A stretch of 64,000 nucleotides of DNA from the human T2T-CHM13v2.0 reference genome, Homo sapiens: NCBI RefSeq assembly GCF_009914755.1, contig NC_060929.1. The stretch is one strand, 5' to 3'. Each line of letters starts with the position of its first letter. Position 1 is the first letter of the stretch. Positions 53,791-64,000 of this stretch are shown here, piece by piece. Below the pieces are notes generated by a model. That model saw nothing but the letters and a program-made list of their open reading frames with translations, did no database searches and had not been told where the DNA came from. The position numbers were made by a program, and so were the translations under genes.

Positions 53791-55542
53791 CCTCAAGCTT
53801 GACAAAAATGTAAAAGATCATTCACTTCCAAATCTGATACTTGAGCTCATTTACAACAAGAGCTTGTCTAGATTGTGATTAAATGTCTTCAGGGATGGGG
53901 CTCATGTCTATCCTAAAGCTGTCAGGCCCTTTTATCTTGAACACAAATGGCCTGAAAATCCTTTCGTATGTTGAGCTGAAATCAACCATCTGCATGTCAT
54001 CAGGGCTACAATACCAATGGCAAGAAGTAGCACCATTCCTTAATGTGTTGCTGAGAAAGAAGAGACACTGACAAGTATACCATGACATGATGTTTTCTTA
54101 TTATGTCAATCGTAAGAGACATCTAAATTTCAGAGTTGTTAAAATATGAAAATATGGGTGTCTTAGAATCAACTAAATGCAATTATCGTCCAGCGGCTTC
54201 ACTAGCTGATCCTAATCGAAGTGTATGGCACATTAAAACCCAGTCTAATTTTCTTCCATAGGACAGTTCCTAAAGTATTTGCAAAGTATCCTTGACCAAC
54301 TTAAACCTTTCCTTTTCCAGTCTTACTACCTTTAGCTCATATGCAAATCTTAAGACTATAACCATCTCCAGCTTCTGTCTACAGAACCCATTCTAGTTTA
54401 TCTGAATCTCTTCTCATTCATACATGCGAGCACTAAGCACTTTTTCTACCACCCCAGATAAAATGATGACCAAAACAGACAATGACTCTGCCATCAATAA
54501 TTCAATGGATATGCACTCTAGAACATGTAAACAATGACATCAAGCCAAAGTACTATAGGTATTCTATGAAATGCAGTAGAGACATAGCAAAAAAAAAAAA
54601 AGAAAGAAAAAAAAAGTATATTTAAGTGTGGTACTCAAAGAGGAACAGAAGGCTGTAGGTGAGGTCTGTCTATTCTGAAGAGACTACTAAAGCCTAGACA
54701 GAGGGTTGTCTTTCTATCTTCTCATCTTAATCTTTGTCTTCTTTTTGACAGCCATGATATACTGTAAAATTCTGATGTTCTCACAATCTATAAAATCCCA
54801 AAATATTTTTTAGCACATGCTATTATATTGTCTTTCCCACTCCAACCTGTCACTCTTCCCATCAAGTGCTTCTATAATTGGAAGGGGGTTGGTGGGAGAG
54901 AATTATTTTTCCCTCTGGAGGAAAGTAGAAGATGTTCTGTTTATTCTGGTCTATACACTTATTTAGAAGAATGTACTGAGGCAACACATTTCCTCTTAAG
55001 GAACTGTTTCTTCTAAACAAGGACATGCCCCTTCATTGCCATAATACAATCTTGATTCTCAGTCTACCAAGCTTGAGTTGTACATATCTGATCAGGCAAA
55101 TTTATATTTTACTACAAACCAGTGAATAAAATGTAAAAATAATTCAGCAAAATTGAAGTCCACACTACTTACTATGAAATACCCAGAGTACTAAAATACC
55201 CTGTGTAGGTCAATAACATTTTGCTGCTGTGCATTTATCACATTTGGAAATCTTCTGGCATATTGCAATCTACCTATAGTGATGAGTCAACTATAATGAT
55301 CAAGATGTCTTAATGCATCCTGGGATCCAACCCACTTTAAATACAGTATTGGAAGCTGTCCCAGGATTAGAAAACCCGGATAATCACATGAATTTTGTGT
55401 GAATTTATTTTACTTTGTATTGAGATGTCTATGGCTCTTACAAAAAGGGAATTCCATCGAGGTTTCTTGTCTCCTTTGTTTCAATTCAATAATATCCAGA
55501 GTGGTTAAAGCTTTTTTCCCCCTTAAACACAGTATGTGTATG

Positions 55543-55544
<2 letters not shown>

Positions 55545-55582
<38 letters not shown>
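55545..55582. repeat. (TG)n microsatellite
   Basis: Uninterrupted GT run, about 3.7 kb upstream of the CDH6 TSS. Confidence 0.93.
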
Positions 55583-55585
<3 letters not shown>

Positions 55586-56263
55586 CAGCAGAGGTAGGGG
55601 ATGGTCATTCATTCCTCACTGAAATCTGTGCTTGTGCACACCATGATGATTAAGCCATAAGCATTGTACTATGTGTGCTTTTCCTAGCAGCAACACATGT
55701 AGGGCTAAGTTTTAGATCAATGATTTGGATTGGTTGATCAGAGCTGCCGATGCCAATATTCTTAATTAAGTTCATGGTTTAAAAAGTGAATTTTTTCTCC
55801 TAATCAAGAATAATTGTTAATGATCATGAAAACATTTTTTATCAGGTAATCATTGCATACAGATTTGTATTATCTAAAAGAAAGTCAGAAAACATAATTA
55901 TTTATTTATATGCATCCCCATTATAAAGATAAGATAGCCTCTTAATCATCTGAAGAGAGATTTAGTGGAAGTTGGAAAATCCTTCATCAAAATTAATATC
56001 CCTAATAATGGTTTATAAAAGAGATTTTTTTAAAAAAAAGAAATTGAAACTTTGCAAGCTGTAAAAGGAGAGAAGCACCAGTAATTTTGACTGAGGCATC
56101 TAAAGTAATGAAGTAGCCTAAAAACTGATGAGATGTTTCAGCTGTACCAAACTACTGAACAAAACAAGAGAATTGGGGAACAGGACACTTTCTGGATTGT
56201 CTTCCCAGGATATAAGGACACTCCTTAAATGCTCCCCCCTCTATTTGGTCCTGGGGGTGCTAG

Positions 56264-56663
<400 letters not shown>

Positions 56664-59099
56664 TAGAAAGGGGGCTGAAAGAGAAGCCCTCTTTTCGACA
56701 GGTAAGCTCTGGAACTGTTGGGGTGCTGTTCTGCCCTGTGGACTGGAGGATGAAGGAGGCAGGTGTGAATGGAGACAAAAGGAAAGCAGAAGTGTCCTGA
56801 GGAGGAGATAGAGCTAGGGGAAGAATGCTGGCGGCTTCTCCGGGCCTGCCCCTGGGCCTTTCCAGAGACTCTGCAGAATTTCCACCCTTAACTTTCAGGA
56901 GAAACCCTATACAATAATGACACATACCTCTTCATTTGCTTAACTATCTCTGATGGGCTACTGTTACTTGCCAACATGTTTTGGTGTGATGATAGAGAAC
57001 AAACCAGAAACAGAACTTACACAACTCCAAGTAATCATTTAGCCTCAGTAACTCTCAGTTCCTAGTCTCTGAAATGAGGGTAAAATAATTCTAGATATTT
57101 ACATCAATCCTGTATTTGAAGATGAATAATTATTGTGACAAATATTACTAGAAAGCCTCAAAAATCACATAAAATCCTTTAGTACAAGAGCTGTCTTTTA
57201 TATAATTTCATGCTGCCACCTGAACTGTTCAGAAGCAAACGGATTGTCCACTCATACAGTTGTTGTTCTAAACACCTTTGACATGTAGCTTAATGGGGTT
57301 TGAAGAATAGTATATTGCAAACAATTAGAGGTTTCCTTTGTGAGATATTAACTGGTTCAACAGACAGAAAATCAACTTCACTATCAACCCTCTTCTACCA
57401 TAAAAATCAGCCAATTTGCACATTTTTTCTGCTAAAGGTGGTCTTAAAATATGACTTATTTTATTGACATATTTACGTATTATGTATTCATGTATTATCC
57501 TACTACCACATATGCTAATAAATTATACCTGTACATATAATCTGTGGGTCTCTATGTCTGCATACACACCTGCACACCCTTTTACCAATAATATTTCTGC
57601 TTCTTGTGTGTTCCAGTTTCACTGCCTTGGACATGTTATGTAACTTCTGTTGTCTCTTCATCAGTCTGTTTTCTCTGTCTTAATTGGGAAAATATGACAC
57701 CACTTATTGAAGGATGAATTAAATAAAATAGTCTACAAAAGTACTTTGTAAACAGTAAAGGACTACACAGACACACAGAGCTAATATTTCCAATTAAATG
57801 TATAAGAAATTCATAATCTGACGAATGGACTATGAATCTAAAGCAGCTTTCTTCTCCCCCATTCTTACTTCATACGTGTTTAAAGAGCTCTATAAAAAGA
57901 AAATGTTCAGCCTCTTCTCACAAATTGGTAGCAATTCTTCATTTGGGGAAGGTCTTTTCCAGAAAGAAACTCAAATCTTTCCATCTTCCATGTGCAGAAC
58001 ATCTGTGCTAAAACCATTCCATGCACACTTCTTTGAAGCACTGGCTGCCTAAAGGAATACTTTTGATTTGGGCTTTATTTAAATGCCTGAACTTCTATTG
58101 GAGAAACAAAAGGTTTTCTAGTAAGAGCTCAGTTGGGAACAGGACCAACCTCCAGCCAGTTTAACTACTCAGAGGCCAAGCAGCCTGGCATTTCTTAGAG
58201 CTCTGTGCAATGGAAATCTCCCTGAGAACTTGCAGCACAGGCGAACAGCTGGTTTGGGAGGCTAGTGACCCTGGGTGCAATCACTGTGGTAATTAGATTT
58301 AATTTTCCTAATCCAACAGTGGCTGACTCCATCATGCCTATGTCTCCTATGTAGAAAATCATTACTCTCATTTAATGGTACTTTGACATGTTTCACATTT
58401 TTGTGGCTTAGTACCTTAATATTAGATATTACCTCTTTGTAACTATCAATCTAGCCATTCAAACAGCTATGTGTACTAAAGAGTTTAATTTGAAGGTTAT
58501 CCAACTTCGGCAACTTTCCAGAAGGATCTTCGAACGTTAAGCAGACCTTGAATATCATTGTACACCCCTCTTCTGCAAGTCTTTTGTATGCTTGTATCAA
58601 TTCATTTAGAACGATGGCATCAGTCATAAGTCATTGGCAAGCCTGAAGGGTTTGGGTTTTCAGTGTTTCTGCAAGCCCAGGGAAGCATGGCTTCATGCTA
58701 CGACATCCTGGGGTCACTCCAAAAGAGTAACAGAGATCATGGGGCTACGTGAAAGCGTGTCTTCCTGGGAGGAGAGAAGGAAAGACATGTATGAATCTAT
58801 CCATGTCTGCTTGCATCTGGAGAACGCCTGTTTATGTTGTAAAGAAAAGCCATCGGTATTGTCATCTCAGGAGACCGGCTTGTTTTATGTGTGTGCATGT
58901 TATACGTGCTATCACACGAAGCTGGCCAACTGATAGAGTGACGAGGTACTGTGTCCCTGGGAATTGTAATTGCTTGGTCGGTGAAAAAAAAAGAACATCA
59001 GACCATTGCTGATAATAGCACAAGGTGCATTTTGATAGTACAAAAGAGGAAACAGACGGAGTCATACAAGTTCTGAGTATATCTTAAACCCCCTCCAAC

Positions 59100-59128
59100 A
59101 AAAAAAAGAAAGAAAGAAAGAAAGAAAG
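59100..59128. repeat. A-run/(GAAA)n repeat in the CDH6 proximal promoter
   Basis: AAAAAAAAGAAAGAAAGAAAGAAAGAAAG. Confidence 0.85.
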
Positions 59129-59149
59129 CAAGGGAAAGCCTGGGGCTGA

Positions 59150-59277
59150 AGGAGTGTTCCAGGGAGCGAATTGCTCAGGACTTCAAACACTGGGAGTCAT
59201 TCTGTCAAGGGGAGGGGGCGGGCGGGGGCAGGCACTGGGCCTCTTTAACAAAGTCCTCCTCTCTTTGCTCCCTCCCA
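59150..59277 (+). promoter_or_regulatory. CDH6: CDH6 core promoter (GC boxes, TATA-like TTTAACAA)
   Basis: GGGGAGGGGGCGGGCGGGGG Sp/KLF boxes at 59209-59228; AT-rich TTTAACAA about 30 bp upstream of the recalled mRNA 5' end; adjoins CpG island. Confidence 0.75.
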
Positions 59278-59474
59278 CTTCATTCACTTGCAAATCAGTG
59301 TGTGCCCACAAGAGCCAGCTCTCCCGAGCCCGTAACCTTCGCATCCCAAGAGCTGCAGTTTCAGCCGCGACAGCAAGAACGGCAGAGCCGGCGACCGCGG
59401 CGGCGGCGGCGGCGGAGGCAGGAGCAGCCTGGGCGGGTCGCAGGGTCTCCGCGGGCGCAGGAAGGCGAGCAGAG
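59278..59474 (+). other. CDH6: CDH6 (cadherin-6) non-coding exon 1 (5' UTR)
   Basis: CTTCATTCACTTGCAAATCAGTGTGTGCCCACAAGAGCC...GGCGCAGGAAGGCGAGCAGAG matches my recollection of the human CDH6 mRNA 5' end; followed by donor GAG|GTGGGT at 59474/59475; no ATG in the exon; TSS approximate. Confidence 0.88.
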
Positions 59475-59950
59475 GTGGGTTCGGGCTCCGTTGGCTATGC
59501 ATACATCTCCCTTTTTTTTTTTTTAATTCTGTAGCGTTGATAGAAGCCAATCAGAGAGAGAGCCCTCTCCGCCCGGTGGGTGCCGCGCGCCGGAGTTGGG
59601 AGGGATGCTCTCAGCCTGCGAGCCCGGGTCGGGGCGGGCGCGCGGGTCCGGCTGCGCGGGCGGCGCTGCTGCCGCTGCTCAGGACCGACGCCGCTTCCCG
59701 GGGAGCCTGGGCACCGCTCCTCCGCCTCCTGGTAAGACCGATCCGCCGTGGGGCTGGGTGGGGGCACCGGGAAGCGGGCCGCCGCAGAAGAACCCGCTGC
59801 CTTTCTCTACGCCGGCAGAGGCTGCCAGGGGAGCTCTGGCATTTGCAAAGTTGGCTGGTCAATTACCAAAGGGCGCTGGTGCGTGCAGGTCCCGCCGAGC
59901 CGTTTGGGGCTTGATTTATCTCCACCTGCCCGCATCATAAGGGTCTGCGT
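59310..59950. promoter_or_regulatory. CDH6: CpG island over CDH6 exon 1 / start of intron 1
   Basis: Abrupt rise in GC content and dense unmutated CG dinucleotides against a CpG-depleted background. Confidence 0.92.
59398..59415 (+). repeat. (CGG)6 trinucleotide repeat in the 5' UTR
   Basis: CGGCGGCGGCGGCGGCGG followed by AGG. Confidence 0.9.
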
Positions 59951-62900
59951 GGTGACTGCTTGGGCTGAGTTACATTTCTTAGCTTTTGGGGTAAAGCAGA
60001 AAATCAGGTAGTCTGAAAACTCTGGAATGCTCCCAGTAAGGAAAACTTAAACTAAAGAGACGATTTGGCTGGTAGAAGGAGCTAAAGAAAACTGTTAGCT
60101 TGCACGTTCCGGGCAACGCCTGCCGGCTCATCTAGGACAGAAATGCTTAGGTTGCAAGGAAAGTCCAACATTGGACTCCGAAAATGGAGCACACTGTCCA
60201 GGGAAAAGTCATATGGAAGGCGCAGTTCGCTCGTGCTCCTCCACGGCTGGCCAGGCTCAAATCTGGGGGATAAAGCCTTCCCCGGACTGATTGGAGAGTG
60301 GTTGGAGTGCGCTTGGTTTTCGGTGCCAGATGCTGGAAAATTGGAGCCCCCAATGCGTTAATCCCAGAATTTAATAAAAAGGGACGCTGCAATGTTGTGG
60401 ACTGCAGCAGTTGCAGAGCTGAGATTACTTCTTCCGTAGTTAGATATTCTGTCATGAGTTACCGTAGATCTCGAGATGGGAGATGCTGGAGAGGTCAGCG
60501 TGGTGCTAAGAAGTGTCACTGCTGCAATAAAATCCATATTTTATGGGGAGTTAAATGCAGGTCTCTGTCAGTGCAAAGGGCTGGCCACCTGAGTTAACTA
60601 TGACTCAGAACATTCAAGAACCAAGAAGTTTAATCATCTGGAATAGCCACACATTTCTGTCTCCTACTCCCATTAAAAAAAAAAAAAATTTAAATGATGA
60701 TAGTCATACTATAGAGGTGTATCAGACCGTGTCTCTGCGAATCTTCACTTTCACTTCGTAAAGCACACAGTGGGAAAGAAGGAAGAGGTTTTCCCTGCAA
60801 GAATGTTGCAGGAGTGGCTGTTGTGTACATATATGGCTGCTCTGGAGGGGTGCAGATCAAAATGTGGGCTTTCTGAGTGGTTAATTATCCAGGGGGTTGC
60901 AAACTCCTCCCTGTGTTGGAAAAAGGAACCCAGGGATATGCCTAGTTAATGTACAACTCTTCCAAGAAGGACTAACAAATATGCTTATATGAATAGTGCC
61001 AAGGGTTGCTTATTTCCTTTCTTTTCTTGCTGAAAGCTTTACCTGAAAAGGAAAACCCTTAGGATTTTACTTTGAGAGAGAGAAAAAAAATCTCTTCCAG
61101 TTTCACCTGAGACTTGAGCATCATCCCGTGTGTAATAGTACTTGCACGGCTCTATGCTTGCATTTTAGAGAACCGTAAAACCAGTTGTGTGAAGAAAGGG
61201 GTATGCTTGAGCAGATGTCTTCATTATGTCATAACCAGGAGGGTAAAGTTTATGCCAGAGGCCAGATTGTCAATGCAGAGCTCAGAAACTTAAAAGAAAC
61301 CCAACAATTGACTGGAAAATGCAATCACATAGGGTTGTATCTCATCCCCTTTTGCTCTTTGATGTGTTCTAATTAAAAAGGTACTGAAGGAAAATAAAAG
61401 ACAGATCTTTTCCCACCTAATGTAATGGTTCATGCCATACTTTTGAAGCAGAGGAAGTAACCAATTTCTTCAGAAAAACTAAGAGGCAGCAGCCCAATTT
61501 TGAAGGAAAATGGTGCCAATTCAGTTCTACTGTATTTGTGTCTACAATTATCTTTTGCTACCATTACAAGAAAGTGACAGTTTGGTATCTCCATAGGGAC
61601 TTTTAGTCCCTTTACTATCTGGCTTTTACACCAATTTATTGCACTTAAATTTTGTACTGCTAACTCTGCAAAGATAATATATGGAAACATAATCATTTTC
61701 TACCAAGTTGCCTACTATCAAAAAACGTGTACCCTACCTCTTCCACCCACCACTTCCATCAGCTTTGCAAGGAAAAACTTAGTGAGGCACTCTTCCTTTT
61801 TAAGAAAAAATGTACCTTGCAAAATACTGCTCGAGACACTTGAAAACAGCTAAAAATTTTCTAGAAAGCACAGCTACAGTCACAGGGTATTATATGATAC
61901 TGTATTATTATAGCACCAAATCTGAAAATTAGGACTAATTGAGTGAATGTCCCACAGAGATTTCTTTAAAAGGAATGAAATGTGACCAATATTCTGAGTG
62001 AAACTACAATCTTCCTAAGGAATTGAAATGTGTGGTCCCCCCTTCTGGCCCGGTAGTTGCTTTGCAGTCACGAATGCCAACACACTAAGGCTGAATCCTT
62101 TGAACTATTCAAACTTTTTTTAGTTGGAAGGGACCTCTAGTGGGTCACTCCATGCATTTCTCCCTGGAGTTCAGCTGCAGAATGGATTTTGTTACCTAAG
62201 ATAAGAGTATAACAACTTTTTCTCTGTAGACAAGTTAGTATTCTCTAAGCACTATCTTAATATTTGTGACAGGTCAAATCATTATTGCTATTATTTCTGT
62301 ACTTCCTCTAATTTAGGGGACTTACAAATATTTTTATGGTTTTCTGAATATCTAGACTTTTGGTAACTGCTGGATGATTCCAAATGAAAGCAATGGCCAA
62401 TTAATAAAGAATTTACCATCATCAATATAAGATTTTCTTATTTCTGATCTTTTCCAAGACTCTACTTCCTTACTTCTAATTTACTCAATAACAATAATAA
62501 CATTATATTTAGAACTCCAAAAGTTCTACATGAAGAGCGCCGCCGCCCCCCGCCCCCCAACCAACAACAAGAAAAGAAATATTTGCAGGAAAAAAAAGTG
62601 CAATGACTGTTTCAGAAATCTGTGAACATTCACAAGTTATGCTGAACTAAGGCCATCTAATTCAAAGAATTCCCCGTTCAAATAAATATATGTTGAACAT
62701 CCAAAAGCTGTTTAGATACCTGTGTCATCCTTACTCCAGGTTTTTTCTGTTTCATTTCTTTCCTTGATGTATCACAACACATTTTAGGTAACCTACTCCT
62801 TAAAATACTCTGCCTGGAACTTGGAGCAGCATAATTTCTGTAGGGTGAATCAGCCTCTTCTGCTGACAGCCTGCAGGTTTCAACTTCCAATTTAAAAATC

Positions 62901-64000
62901 TGTTCTAAAGTTTGAAATGTGTTCCAAATAAGATAACATCCAGCAGAATCCAGTTGCCTTGTGCTTCTTGCTTAGTCATGGCTGCTTATTCTTTGGTGTC
63001 CGTCAGAATTAGGGTCTCACTTATAAAAATAACAAGCAGTGACTCAGTCTGAATTGCATTCTTAACAGTGTTTCAACCTAGTCAGTGTCTACTGAGCACA
63101 CTTTATTTACTTCACAAAAAAAGTGAAAATGTAGACAATCAAACTTTCTCTGGTTTAAATATTTTTCTGAATAATGATTCTAAATTCAAAGACTCAAGAA
63201 CATTATGGTAATAGGAGAACTGCAGAAAGAAGAAGGCATACACACACACGCAAACACAGCACCCAGTTGTGACAATGTTCCAAGAATATTAGAGAAGAAA
63301 TACAGAAATGCAGCATATGGGCTGATTTTCTTTTCTTCTTCGTTTTTTTCATGTTGTTTTCTCCCTTGGGATTTTTATTTTATTTTGAAGACAGATGAGT
63401 GCTTGAAGCACTTTACTGAAACTAAATAGTAATATTTTTGTTCCAGCTTGCCTTTTCCAAAGATTAACTGGTCTACTTTTTTAAGTTTCTATTCGTACAG
63501 AAGCCTCTCTTTTTCAAAACAATCTTATGAGGAACTTCAGGTTCTCTCTAATTAGCTATTGAACCAAATGTCTATAGTGTTTGTGATGCTATCACCCACA
63601 AAGTAGGAAGATAAGGGAAGAGGGGAGAGTATAAACAACCCTTCAAAGAAGTGGTGCATTCAAAATTACTACTAAATAGTTGGGTCAGAGGGAGCCATCT
63701 GCAGCCAACAGTCTAGTTGTTCAAAATTGAACTCTCCAAGAAACTTTCAACTCTTCCAACAAAGAAAAGTTATTGAAGGCTGAATGCTCTGAGCACACAT
63801 TCATAAATGTGGAGTAGACTCATATGCAGAGACTATTAAAGATTATTTCATCTGTTTAATATCTTTACACTAACACCATTGGGTGCTGGTTTCTTCCAGG
63901 AATCAGATCACCTTGTTATGATTTATAAGAGGTAGAATTTCATTAATGCCAGAGTGTTAATATTAAATTTGATTTGTCATGTAAATGGGCAGCATGGTTT
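59475..64000 (+). other. CDH6: CDH6 intron 1 (continues beyond window)
   Basis: Starts with the GT donor; the recalled exon-2 sequence and the cadherin start MRTYRYFLLL are absent from the window and from the ORF track. Confidence 0.82.

Noticed and set aside
53879-54088. Overlapping antiparallel short ORFs in unique sequence
   Set aside because: No recognisable domain or convincing exon boundaries; length is within chance expectation
59154-60011. Cluster of overlapping Ala/Arg/Pro/Gly-rich ORFs
   Set aside because: Expected from stop-codon scarcity in a CpG island; most lack an ATG start, and CDH6 coding sequence begins in exon 2 outside the window

Overview
Human (primate) genomic DNA: AT-rich, CpG-depleted and dense in interspersed repeats (Alu, L1, L2/MIR, L3, MaLR/ERV LTRs, MER DNA transposons). 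The one gene feature I recognise is the CpG-island promoter and non-coding exon 1 of CDH6 (cadherin-6/K-cadherin, chr5p13.3; recalled mRNA 5' end, not database-checked) at about 59278-59474 on +. Intron 1 runs to the end of the window, and the first 59 kb is CDH6 upstream sequence. No protein-coding exon is supported; the ORF track is almost all repeat-derived or random. The most interesting unexplained structure is (i) several well-formed + strand exon candidates upstream (7.9, 16.2, 23.0, 29.1, 35.7, 40.6 and 56.7 kb), suggesting a spliced sense lncRNA or upstream read-in transcript feeding CDH6, (ii) an apparent second promoter/first exon inside the CpG island, (iii) two acceptor-abutting-donor (AG|GT) motifs resembling recursive splice sites, and (iv) candidate enhancers (RUNX-ETS with preserved CpGs; tandem octamer/SOX/CCAAT). 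All of these are sequence-level hypotheses. Repeat subfamily names are by-eye matches to remembered consensus sequences, and the boundaries of ancient repeats are approximate.
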